Positions 55,118-64,000 of a stretch of 64,000 bases of DNA are shown piece after piece. Source of the DNA: Candidatus Eiseniibacteriota bacterium (GTDB taxonomy: Bacteria; Eisenbacteria; RBG-16-71-46); contig CAVUWA010000002.1 in the NCBI GenBank assembly GCA_963744995.1, positions 480,001 to 544,000 of the forward strand, given 5' to 3'. The notes under the pieces are model-generated. The model worked only from the letters and a program-made list of their open reading frames with translations, was not told where the DNA came from and ran no database searches. Positions within the stretch are counted from its first letter, which is position 1. Each line of letters starts with the position of its first letter. Both the position numbers and the translations under genes were made by a program.

Positions 55118-57508
55118 TCAGGACGCGGGCGGCGCCGGCTCGGCGAGGAGCTTCGCCACGAACGCCTTCACGCGATCCCATTCCGCGAGGCTCTCGGCGT
55201 AGAGGTTGCCGAGCGAATCGAGGTCGCCCACGGAGGCTCGGCGTTCGATCTCGCTCAGGTGTCGCGAGCAGTTGATCGCGCCGATCGACGCGCAGGTGCT
55301 GTTGAGCGCGCTCGCCAGCATCGTGGCGCCACCGTGATTGCCGTCCTCGATGAGCAGGCCGAGATGTTCGATGCCGGTCGACATTTCGCGCTCGAACGTT
55401 TCCAGCATCTCGCGCCGCAGTTCGGGGACGCCGACGCTCGCCATTTCGAGGTGGTCGAGGTCGATCGGAGTCATCTCGTCGTAGTGTCCCTGGCGTTCGA
55501 GATCCGCAACCTCCTGCTCGGGGACCGGAATGGCCACCGGCGCCGCGTTCGCGGAGGTCAGGGTCGCCGTCGCTTCGTTCCCGGTCGCGGCCCGCGCCTC
55601 GGTGGCCGCGCCGGCCGGTTCTCCGGCCTGCGGCTCGGCGCTGTCTTCCAGCGCGTAGCGCAGCAGCTGGGTGAGCAGCGGCAGGGTGACGGGCTTGACG
55701 AAGTAGTTGCGCATCCCGGCGGCGCGGCAGCGCTGCGAATCGCCGGCGAGCGAGTTGGCGCTCATGGCGAAGATCGGCGTCGGGCGCTCGCCGCGCGCCG
55801 CCTGCATCGCGAGCACCTGTGCGGCAACCTCGTCGCCGTCCAGGTCCGGCATCCTCACGTCGGACAGGATGAGGTCGAAACGCCGCTCGGCTGTCTTCTC
55901 CAGCGCTTCGGTGCCGCATGATGCCAGTTCCACCGCGTGACCGAGGCGTTCGATCACCGTCTTGAGCGCGAGCAGGCTGACGCGGTCGTCATCGACCACC
56001 AGGCAGTCGAGCCGCCGCCGGCGCGTCTCGCGCAGGCTGTGCCGGGTGATCAGCCGCACGGCTTCGGGGTCCACCGCCACGCTGCGCTGCAGGAGCTCCT
56101 TGAAGACCGCGTCGAGGTCGTCGCGCTGCACGGGCTTCGTCAGGTACGCGGCGTAGCCCATGTGTTCGGCCCATTCGGCGTCGCCGCTGGAACCCATTTC
56201 GACGAGCAGGAGCATCTGCAGGTCCCGGAGTTCCGCTTCGGCGCGGACCCGCGCGACCAGCTGCTCGGCGGCCTCGTCGGAACCCGAGAAGTCGGCGATG
56301 CAGATGTGGAACGGCCGCATGCGCCGGTTGGAATCGAGGAGCAGGTCGCAGGCCTCGTCGACCGTCTCGCGGAACGCGCTCTCGCAGCCGAGCGCGCGGA
56401 GCTCGATCTGCAGCGCCACGTTCGAGGGCCCGGAAGAGCCGGCCAGCAGCACGCGCATGCCCTTGAGCGTGATCTCCGCAATCGCCGCGTCGGTCTCGGC
56501 GGGCGCCGGGGCCGAAGCGGGTGTCGTGCGCGCCGGGGGGGGTGCAGGCGTCGCCTGGGGCGCGGGTGCGGCCGGTGTCGCGCGGGCCTTCGGCGCCGCA
56601 GGCGCGACCGTTTTCGCCGGCGCCGCCGGTTTCGCGGCCGGCGCCGCCGGCGCGGACGGGGCCGGCCCGGCCGCGGCCGGTTCGTCGGCGTCGACCACCA
56701 GGTCGGGCTCCGACACCGCGTTCGAAACGTCCACGATCTTCTCCGCCGCGCTCGATTTGCGCAGCACCAGGCGCAGGTGAAGCGCGTCGCCGCCGTCCAT
56801 GTACTCGAGGCTTCCGCCGAGTCCCCGCGCCAGCCGCTGCGACACCAGGAAACCGAAATCCGCCTCGACCGACTGGCGCAGCGTTTCTTCGTCGAGCGGC
56901 GGTGCGCTGTGATCCACGTTGTGCAGACCGAACAGCAGGTCGACGTGGGTCGGGGACTCCGAGAGCCGTGCGAGCCCCAGGCGCAGGCCGGTCGTCGCGC
57001 GGCTGGCCATCATGTGCTGCACGCCCGTGGTGAGGATCTGACGCATGCGGTTCGGGTGCCCGATGAGCATCGAAGGCACCTCGGGCCGGACTTCCGCGAT
57101 CAACGGCGAGTCCTGCACTCCGGGCGGGCAGGTCGAGCGGGAGACTTCCTCGACCAGGTCCCGCACGTCGAACTCGACCGCGCCCACCTCGGCGTCCTCG
57201 GCCTGCATCACGGCGAGATCGAGCAAGTCGTTGGTCAGGCGGCCCAGCGACATCGCCCAGTGAAGGGCGGTGCGCACCTGACCGGCGGCTTCGTGATCGG
57301 TGACCTGTGCGCTCAAGTCGCGCAGAATGCCCACGAGCGCGTTGAGCGGCTTGCGCAGTTCGCGCCGGGTGGCGCGGATGAACGCGCCGTTTTCCCGGCT
57401 GGCCGAACGCAGTCGGTCCAGCTCGAGCGCCAGCTCGGCCGGCTCCGGTGCGGCGGAACCAGCCTCAGCCTGCGTCGGTGCCTGATGGGGGTGCGGCGAC
57501 GGGCTCAC
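55118..57508 (-). CDS. Degenerate hybrid kinase-like protein (pseudo-HisKA/HATPase, two REC, pseudo-Hpt)
   Basis: RRELRKPLNALVG (H-box without His), G.PNR.RQIL, YLTKPV, FDLILSDVRMP..DG, ASALNSTCASIGA (Hpt without His); start inferred. Confidence 0.8.
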   Translation of the reverse strand: MSPSPHPHQAPTQAEAGSAAPEPAELALELDRLRSASRENGAFIRATRRELRKPLNALVGILRDLSAQVTDHEAAGQVRTALHWAMSLGRLTNDLLDLAVMQAEDAEVGAVEFDVRDLVEEVSRSTCPPGVQDSPLIAEVRPEVPSMLIGHPNRMRQILTTGVQHMMASRATTGLRLGLARLSESPTHVDLLFGLHNVDHSAPPLDEETLRQSVEADFGFLVSQRLARGLGGSLEYMDGGDALHLRLVLRKSSAAEKIVDVSNAVSEPDLVVDADEPAAAGPAPSAPAAPAAKPAAPAKTVAPAAPKARATPAAPAPQATPAPPPARTTPASAPAPAETDAAIAEITLKGMRVLLAGSSGPSNVALQIELRALGCESAFRETVDEACDLLLDSNRRMRPFHICIADFSGSDEAAEQLVARVRAEAELRDLQMLLLVEMGSSGDAEWAEHMGYAAYLTKPVQRDDLDAVFKELLQRSVAVDPEAVRLITRHSLRETRRRRLDCLVVDDDRVSLLALKTVIERLGHAVELASCGTEALEKTAERRFDLILSDVRMPDLDGDEVAAQVLAMQAARGERPTPIFAMSANSLAGDSQRCRAAGMRNYFVKPVTLPLLTQLLRYALEDSAEPQAGEPAGAATEARAATGNEATATLTSANAAPVAIPVPEQEVADLERQGHYDEMTPIDLDHLEMASVGVPELRREMLETFEREMSTGIEHLGLLIEDGNHGGATMLASALNSTCASIGAINCSRHLSEIERRASVGDLDSLGNLYAESLAEWDRVKAFVAKLLAEPAPPAS

Positions 57509-57688
57509 GCGGAAATGCTCCTTAGTGAAGGCGTATGCGGAGTTATCGGCCGGTTGGAGCCGTCTTGTGAGCGAAAGCTGAGGCCCGGTCCCGGCCCGCA
57601 AGAGCCGTCCAGGAGCGAAGATGCGCGACCCCCACCGCGCGCCCGGAACGCTTTCGGAGCGGCGCCCGAGCCGCTAACATCGGCGGTC

Positions 57689-59629
57689 GTGAGCGACTCC
57701 ACCACCACGTCCACGTCCACCCGCATGGCGATCGTCGGCACCGCTGGGCACATCGATCACGGCAAGACCGCCATGGTCCGGCGCTTGAGCGGGATCGACA
57801 CCGACCGCCTGCCCGAAGAGAAGCAACGCGGCATCTCGATCGACCTCGGCTTCGCCCCGCTCACGACCCCGGGCGGCGTGCACGTCGGGATCGTCGACGT
57901 GCCGGGGCACGAGCGGTTCGTCAAGAACATGCTCGCCGGCTCGGGCGGCGTGGACCTGGTGCTGCTCGTGATCGCCGCCGACGAGGGCGTGATGCCGCAG
58001 ACCCGCGAGCACCTGGCGATCGTGCGGCTGCTCGGCGTGACGCGGATGATCGTCGTGCTCACCAAGACCGACATGGTCGAGCCCGAGTGGCTCGAGCTGG
58101 TCAAGAAGGACGTCGCCGCGTTCATGCAGGGCCACGGCCTCGGCGCCGCGCCGATCCTGCCGTTCAGCGCCGTGACCGGCGCCGGCGCCGAGGCGCTGAT
58201 GGCCGAGATCGACCGCCAGCTCGAGTCGCTGCCGCTGCGCGCCTACGACCAGCCCGCACGTCTGCCCGTGGACCGCGTCTTCGTGATGGAAGGCTTCGGC
58301 ACCGTGGTGACCGGCACGCTATGGCGCGGCGTGATCCGCGTCGGCGACATGCTGGCGCTGCAGCCCGCGGGGCGCGAGGTGCGCGTGCGCCGGATTCAGG
58401 TGCATGGGAAGACCGTGGACGAAGCGCATGCCGGGCAGCGCACGGCGCTGGCGCTGCACGGCGTGAGCCGCGAGCAGGTCGAGCGCGGCGACTGGATCGT
58501 GGCCACCGGCTCGATGCGGCCGTCGCGGTACCTCGACGTGCGTTTCGAGCTGCTGGGGGAGGCGCCGAAGGAATTCAAGAGCGGCGCGCGCGTGCGATTT
58601 CACCTGGGCGCGAGCGAGATCATCGGGCGCCTCGTGCTGCTCGAAGGCAAGGTGCTCGCGCCCGGGGGAAGCGCGCTCGCGCAGGCGCGGTTGGAGAAGG
58701 ACGCCGTCGCGGCAAGGGGCGACCGGTTCGTGGTGCGCGCGTATTCGCCGGCGCGAACGATCGGCGGCGGCGCCGTGATCGACCCCGCGGCCGAGAAGCG
58801 GCGGCGTTCCGGTGGCGGCGTGGCGTCTTTGGCCGTGCACGAGAGCGGATCGGTCGAAGCCCGGCTGCTGGAACGGCTGGCTTCGGAAGCGAAGCCCGTC
58901 GCGACCGCCGTGCTCGCGCAGACCGTGGGCGAGAAGGAGGCCGAGGCCGGGCGGGTGCTGCGCGCGCTGGCCGAGGCCGGCGAGCTGGCCGCGCCGGTCG
59001 AGGGACGCTGGATCGGGCTCGCGCAGTGGAACGAGGCGCGGTCGAAGATCGAGGCGGAGGTCCGCGCCTACGCCGCGAAGCACCCGGCGCGGTTCGGCGT
59101 GATGAAGGGGGAGTTCAAGCGGGATCTGAAGGGGGCTCTCCAGCCCGCGCTCTTCGACGCCGCCTTCGATGCGCTGGTGCGCGAAGGCGTGATCGAGCAG
59201 CGCGGTGAACGCGTGCGGGCGGCGGGGGACGAGTGGACGCCGCCGGCCGAGACGCTGGCCGGGCTGTCGCGGCTGGAGGAATTGCTCGAGGCCGACGGGT
59301 TCTCGGTGCCCGAGAACGCGGCGTGGTCGAAGACGCTGGGGAAAGAGGCCGGCGAGATCGCGGCGCTGGGGTTCTTCCTGGAGAGGCTGGTGCGCGTGAC
59401 CGGCGACCTGACGTATTCGGCGGGGCAGATGGCGCGGCTGCGAGCCTTGCTGGATGAGGCGTTTGCGAAGAAGCAGGCGCTCAGCATGGCGGATTTCAAG
59501 GAGCTGCTGGGCGTGTCGCGGAAGTACTCGGTGCCGCTGGCCGAGCACTGCGATCGGGTGGGGTGGACGCGTGAGGGTGGGGGAGCTCAAGCGGGATCTG
59601 AAGGGGGCTCTCCAGCCCGCGCTCTTTGA
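57689..59629 (+). CDS. selB: Selenocysteine-specific elongation factor (last residues frameshifted at a duplication junction)
   Basis: [49 protein letters not shown]-terminal winged helix with GVSRKY.VPL.E..DR. Confidence 0.93.
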   Translation: MSDSTTTSTSTRMAIVGTAGHIDHGKTAMVRRLSGIDTDRLPEEKQRGISIDLGFAPLTTPGGVHVGIVDVPGHERFVKNMLAGSGGVDLVLLVIAADEGVMPQTREHLAIVRLLGVTRMIVVLTKTDMVEPEWLELVKKDVAAFMQGHGLGAAPILPFSAVTGAGAEALMAEIDRQLESLPLRAYDQPARLPVDRVFVMEGFGTVVTGTLWRGVIRVGDMLALQPAGREVRVRRIQVHGKTVDEAHAGQRTALALHGVSREQVERGDWIVATGSMRPSRYLDVRFELLGEAPKEFKSGARVRFHLGASEIIGRLVLLEGKVLAPGGSALAQARLEKDAVAARGDRFVVRAYSPARTIGGGAVIDPAAEKRRRSGGGVASLAVHESGSVEARLLERLASEAKPVATAVLAQTVGEKEAEAGRVLRALAEAGELAAPVEGRWIGLAQWNEARSKIEAEVRAYAAKHPARFGVMKGEFKRDLKGALQPALFDAAFDALVREGVIEQRGERVRAAGDEWTPPAETLAGLSRLEELLEADGFSVPENAAWSKTLGKEAGEIAALGFFLERLVRVTGDLTYSAGQMARLRALLDEAFAKKQALSMADFKELLGVSRKYSVPLAEHCDRVGWTREGGGAQAGSEGGSPARAL

Positions 59630-60055
59630 CGCGGCCTTCGATGCGCTGGTGCGCGAAGGCGTGATCGAGCAGCGCGGTGAACGCGTGCGGGCGGCGGGGG
59701 ACGAGTGGACGCCACCGGCCGAGACGCTGGCCGGGCTGTCGCGGCTGGAGGAATTGCTCGAGGCCGACGGGTTCTCGGTGCCCGAGAACGCGGCGTGGTC
59801 GAAGACCCTGGGGAAAGAGGCCGGCGAGATCGCGGCGCTGGGGTTCTTCCTGGAGCGGCTGGTGCGCGTGACCGGCGACCTGACGTACTCGGTGGGGCAG
59901 ATGGCGCGGCTGCGAGCCTTGCTGGATGAGGCGTTTGCGAAGAAGCAGGCGCTCAGCATGGCGGACTTCAAGGAGCTGCTGGGCGTGTCGCGGAAGTACT
60001 CGGTGCCGCTGGCCGAGCACTGCGATCGGGTGGGGTGGACCGTGAGGGTGGGGGA
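59107..60055 (+). repeat. Tandem duplication (~472-bp unit) of the selB 3' end
   Basis: 59107-59578 repeats at 59579-~60050 with 9 substitutions and 1 indel; the second copy ends with the normal GWTVRVGDERRRG*. Confidence 0.95.
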
Positions 60056-60078
60056 TGAGAGGAGGAGGGGGTAGGGGC

Positions 60079-60761
60079 GTGGATGCAGCGGGTGCGGTAC
60101 TCAGTGCCTCGCGGGTGCAGGCCATTCGCCGCCGAATGTTGCGCTGGGGCCGCAAGCACTTTGCTGAGTTCCCCTGGCGCCACGAACAAGAACCGTGGAT
60201 CTCACTAGCAACAGAGGTCCTGCTGCAACGCACCAAGGCGAAGCAGGTGGTTCCCGTCTACGAGCGCTTCCAGGACAGATACCCGTCAGCTGAAGATCTG
60301 GCCCGATCCTCGCGGGAAGAGTTGCTCTCGGTGGTCGGCACGCTGGGGCTCCATTGGCGGGCGCCGCTAATGCTCAAGATGGCGGGAGTGGTACCGATTG
60401 CGGTCGGCCGCCGGAGAACCTGGAAGACCTCGAGGCGCTGCCAGGGGTTGGCCCGTACGCCGCTGGTGCATACCTCTCGCTCCATCGAGGGAAACGCGCG
60501 GTCATCATTGACGCCAACGTAGTCAGGTGGCTGGGACGTGTGCTCGGACGAAAGACTGACGCAGAAACTCGGCGGAAGGCTTGGGTACGGGAAGCGATGG
60601 AGGCTCTCACCCCCATGAGAGCATTCCGAGCGTTCAACTACGCCGTATTGGACCTCTCTATGCAGCTCTGCAGACCCTCAGGCCCGTGCTGCGCAGAGTG
60701 CCCTCTGGCCCCCAAACTCTGCGCCCACGGCCGCAGGGTCCTTCGAAAGCGGGCCCGCTAG
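60079..60761 (+). pseudogene. HhH-GPD mismatch DNA glycosylase (Mig/MutY-like), frameshifted near 60390
   Basis: Frame 1: FPWR, E.LLQRT.A..V; frame 2: LEALPGVGPYAA, IIDANVVR and an FeS-type C-terminal Cys cluster. Confidence 0.8.
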
Positions 60762-60779
60762 CCTACTGCACATTTGTGC

Positions 60780-60815
60780 TTGACCTGCTGGGAAAGTCTG
60801 CTAGCGTCGCTAGCA
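60780..60815 (+). promoter_or_regulatory. Methyltransferase promoter with overlapping palindromic operator
   Basis: TTGACC-N16-TAGCGT with extended TG; inverted repeat TGCTAGC-GTC-GCTAGCA at 60799-60815. Confidence 0.6.
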
Positions 60816-60841
60816 CTTTGACCCCCCGGCAGGAGGCTGAC

Positions 60842-62053
60842 GTGCCATCGCGCATTCTCATCAGAGATGTTCCCGAGGATCTCCACGGCTGGCTCCGAGA
60901 CAGGAGCCACGAACTTCGCGTCAGCCAGAATGAGCTGGCGCTCTCACTGCTGCGTGATGCGCACCGTGGCAACGGCACGCTGGCGCTCTTCGAGCAACCT
61001 GCGGTGCAAGTACCGGAACCTCAGACAGCGCCATTCACGTTCATTGATCTATTTGCTGGAATCGGCGGCCTTCGGTTCGCGTTGCAGAAGGTCGGAGGTC
61101 GCTGCGTCTTCTCGTCCGAGTGGGACAAGTACTGCCAGAAGACCTACCTCAAGTGGTTTGGGGAGCTTCCGGCCGGCGACATCACGAAAATCGGTCCCAA
61201 TGACATTCCCGATCACGATCTCTTGTCGGCGGGGTTCCCCTGTCAGCCCTTCTCCATCGCCGGCGTTTCTAAGAAGAAGAGCCTTGGGCGATCGCATGGG
61301 TTCAAGGACAAGACCCAGGGAACTCTGTTCTTTCACGTTGCGAAGATCATCGACGCCAAGCGGCCAGCGATGCTCCTCCTGGAAAACGTAAAGAACCTCA
61401 AGTCACATGATGGCGGGAAGACCTGGCAGGTGATTGAAGGGACCCTCAGGGAGCTAGGCTACAACGTCTTCGCTAAGGTGATCGACGCGGCGCACTGGGT
61501 GCCTCAGCATCGTGAGCGAATCTTCATCGCGGGGTTCGACCGCAAGGTTTTTGGCGACGCGCCGGAATTCCGCTTTCCGGACCCGCCCTCGGGAGAGAGG
61601 CCACGCTTTGCGACCGTGATGGAGTCCAAGCCCGATCCGAAGTACACGCTCAGCGATCACCTCTGGGGCTACCTTCAGGACTACGCGAAGAAGCACAAGG
61701 CGGCGGGCAACGGATTCGGTTTTGGTCTTGTGAATCTGGATGGTGTCAGCCGGACGCTGTCGGCCCGCTACTTTAAGGACGGGTCTGAGATTCTCGTGCC
61801 GCAGAGCAGGAAGAACCCTCGGCGGCTCACGCCGCAAGAAGCGGGCAAACTGATGGGTTTTGACCCCGATCTCCCGATCGTCGTCTCAGACACACAGGCT
61901 TACAGGCAGTTCGGCAATGCTGTGGTGCCTCCTGTGGCGACTGCGGTTGCCAGGCAGATGGTGAAAACGATGTGCTGGCAAGTCGCACGAACGAGGTCGC
62001 GGTCTATTTGCTGGGGCGATCTCCTAGACGTTTCAATCAGCAAGTCACACTGA
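60842..62053 (+). CDS. dcm: DNA (cytosine-5) methyltransferase, Dcm/M.EcoRII-like, with N-terminal ribbon-helix-helix
   Basis: FIDLFAGIGG, GFPCQPFS, LENVKNL, QHRERI, GNGFGF..TLSARY.KDGSEIL, QFGNAV; AGGAGG RBS and GTG start. Confidence 0.93.
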   Translation: MPSRILIRDVPEDLHGWLRDRSHELRVSQNELALSLLRDAHRGNGTLALFEQPAVQVPEPQTAPFTFIDLFAGIGGLRFALQKVGGRCVFSSEWDKYCQKTYLKWFGELPAGDITKIGPNDIPDHDLLSAGFPCQPFSIAGVSKKKSLGRSHGFKDKTQGTLFFHVAKIIDAKRPAMLLLENVKNLKSHDGGKTWQVIEGTLRELGYNVFAKVIDAAHWVPQHRERIFIAGFDRKVFGDAPEFRFPDPPSGERPRFATVMESKPDPKYTLSDHLWGYLQDYAKKHKAAGNGFGFGLVNLDGVSRTLSARYFKDGSEILVPQSRKNPRRLTPQEAGKLMGFDPDLPIVVSDTQAYRQFGNAVVPPVATAVARQMVKTMCWQVARTRSRSICWGDLLDVSISKSH

Positions 62054-62062
62054 GGGGCAACG

Positions 62063-63232
62063 ATGTCTTCACCCCCGGGTGAACGCGCCATTGCCGACGC
62101 CATACGCATTGGCAAGGCCGTAATCAAATTCGTCACAAAGAACGACGCCGGCATCACGGGGGCGCATCAGTATGGCTTTCACCTGCCGATTGGCTGTTGG
62201 CAATTGTTCTCTCCACATCCGCCGGTCAAGGGAAGAAACGACGAGCATGCTGTCGCGGTGACATGGCAGGACGATCGTGTTACGAAATCCCAAGTCAAGT
62301 GGTATGGAGACAAGACGCGGTTCGAATACCGCCTGACCCGATTCGGGAAGAGCTTCCCTTTCCGGTCACCCGATAACGTGGGCGATGTCCTAGTCCTCGT
62401 ACCAACGAGCCCTTCCACGTTCAATGGCTACGTCCTGAATCCCGAGGAGGATCTGGAAGAGCTAGAGGCTCAGCTCGGGATTGACCTCACCAGTCGACGC
62501 ATGGCTTGCTACGAGCGCGGCCTCGCACCGCCCACGCTCGGACCGGAGGCTGCAAAGTCCTGCATCGAGCGGCAGTTCGATCTCTACGCTGCGTCATTAC
62601 AAGAGTTCCCTCACGGCTCAGACCTAACCGAGGAAACATGGAGGGTTCTCGCCGAATGTGACCCGGCTTTCGCCTCCCAAACTGACGACAGAAAGCTCGT
62701 TCTCGCCAAGGAGACCGAGTACGAGCTCTTCAAGAAGATTGAGAGGCGCCTCGTTTGGGATGACATCCAGAGCAGTCCAAAGTCTGTGGATGACTACGTC
62801 GAAAAGGCCAACAGCATCGTCAATCGAAGAAAGTCGCGCGCAGGAAGATCACTTGAGAATCACTTCGGCGTGATCCTAAGAGAGCACAGCATTCGCTACG
62901 ATGCACGTCCCAGCAGCGTCGAGGGAATGCCGGACGTCCTCATTCCAGGTGAAAAGGAATACGCGGACTCTACTTTTCCGGTAGGGGAGCTCTTCGTGGT
63001 TGCAGTGAAGACAACGTTGAAGGACAGGTGGGGACAGGTCCTGAAAGAAGGACCGAGAGTCAAGAGGCGATATCTTGTCACCGTCCAGCCTGGGATTTCG
63101 AAAGCCCTCCTAAATCGAATGCACGCAGCGGGCATCGTGTTGGTGGTTCCTAAGGAGATTCAGAAGGAGTATCCAAGGTCGGACATGACCATCCTGACCG
63201 TGGAGCAGTTCATCGCCTTGGTGATGCAATAG
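62063..63232 (+). CDS. EcoRII-like type II restriction endonuclease
   Basis: N-terminal K....NDAG.TG.HQ.G..LP; C-terminal NRRKSRAG.SLE.H, PD.L.P, KTTLKDRW.QV..E. Confidence 0.88.
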   Translation: MSSPPGERAIADAIRIGKAVIKFVTKNDAGITGAHQYGFHLPIGCWQLFSPHPPVKGRNDEHAVAVTWQDDRVTKSQVKWYGDKTRFEYRLTRFGKSFPFRSPDNVGDVLVLVPTSPSTFNGYVLNPEEDLEELEAQLGIDLTSRRMACYERGLAPPTLGPEAAKSCIERQFDLYAASLQEFPHGSDLTEETWRVLAECDPAFASQTDDRKLVLAKETEYELFKKIERRLVWDDIQSSPKSVDDYVEKANSIVNRRKSRAGRSLENHFGVILREHSIRYDARPSSVEGMPDVLIPGEKEYADSTFPVGELFVVAVKTTLKDRWGQVLKEGPRVKRRYLVTVQPGISKALLNRMHAAGIVLVVPKEIQKEYPRSDMTILTVEQFIALVMQ

Positions 63233-64000
63233 GGAGGAGTTGAGAACGTATCTCACCCGCTCCCTCCCCCGGCTCCCTCGGCTTCACCATCACAGTCTTC
63301 TCCCGCTCGCACACCGCCAGCCCCGGCGGGGCCTTCTTGGGCTTCCTGACGTACTTCTTCTGCGTGTAGATCACAGGCACGGTGCCGGCGCTCTTGGCCT
63401 GGGAAAAGTACGCCGCCCACGACGCCACCTCGGCGATCGTCGCCTTCGACGGCTCGTCCTTGCTCTTGCCGCGGCGCAGCACGACATGTGACCCGGCCGC
63501 CCCGTGCACGTGGAACCAGTAGTCCTCCGGCCTCGCCATCATGTGGGTCAGGTAATCATTTCCCTCGTTGTTCTTGCCGATCATCACGTCCCAGCCCTCG
63601 GCGGTCTTGAATCGCCGCGGCGCCAGGCGCTCGCTCGGGGCGCGGGACTCGCCGCGTGCGACGGCGGCCGCCACGGCGCGCGGTCCGGGCTTTCCGCCCG
63701 CGCCTTTCGAACGCGCACCACGTGACAGGTCGAACGCCAGGCGTGCAACCGTGTCCCGCACAGCACCGGGATCCGGCCCGTCACGCCTCGCGGGTACGCG
63801 CAGCTTGAACGGCAGCTTCGTGTTGGCCTGCTCCAGCGCTTCATCCAAATCCGGATCGCGCTCGCGTTCGACGACGGAATCGACCTCCTCCACGGGCACG
63901 CGCTCGTCCACGCGCGGCGCGCGCTCCTCATAGGCCGCAGCCCGTTCCAGCAGCGCATCCAGCTCGCGCAGCTCGGCTTCGGCCCCGGCGATACGCGGCG
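63210..64000 (-). CDS. NFACT/Rqc2 (FbpA) family protein, 3' part (runs off the window)
   Basis: NFACT-R/DUF814 motifs GKNN..ND.LT, D.WFH....GSHVVL, A.YFSQA, V.YTQKKYVRKP; frame open to the window edge. Confidence 0.88.
   Translation of the reverse strand, partial: PRIAGAEAELRELDALLERAAAYEERAPRVDERVPVEEVDSVVERERDPDLDEALEQANTKLPFKLRVPARRDGPDPGAVRDTVARLAFDLSRGARSKGAGGKPGPRAVAAAVARGESRAPSERLAPRRFKTAEGWDVMIGKNNEGNDYLTHMMARPEDYWFHVHGAAGSHVVLRRGKSKDEPSKATIAEVASWAAYFSQAKSAGTVPVIYTQKKYVRKPKKAPPGLAVCEREKTVMVKPREPGEGAGEIRSQLLPIASPRR

Noticed and set aside
55937..57688. N-terminal extension making a 1230-aa SelB fusion
   Set aside because: It is the antisense shadow of the pseudokinase gene; SelB homology begins near 57689-57725

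Overview
High-GC bacterial chromosome segment from a diderm: it carries lpxH, beta-barrel outer-membrane proteins, a PorV-like gene and a FlgD/T9SS-like C-terminal domain, which suggests an FCB-related lineage such as Ca. Eisenbacteria (inference only). Most of the window is housekeeping, envelope and signalling genes: caa3-type cytochrome c oxidase ctaDEF, tRNA-fMet, ftsB/eno, an ECF sigma/anti-sigma operon, rlmN with an NtrY/NtrX-like pair, ppx, lpxH, an HtrA protease, an amidase, a tandem 5'-nucleotidase, lpdA, rho, rpmE-DUF1385-prfA-prmC, murA and selB. The right end holds a compositionally distinct restriction-modification island (frameshifted HhH-GPD glycosylase, RHH-fused Dcm-like methyltransferase, EcoRII-like endonuclease). 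The most interesting locus is about 17.9-26.1 kb. A small secreted protein precedes a large TPR-GAF-sigma54 activator with no receiver domain. After it come a candidate enhancer (two matching boxes plus IHF-like sites), a -24/-12 promoter, and a ~420-nt stretch with no convincing ORF that folds into consecutive long hairpins (candidate sigma54-dependent ncRNA). A second -24/-12 promoter then precedes lipoprotein, DUF4384 and PorV-like genes. All calls come from reading the sequence by eye; no database searches or folding programs were run.
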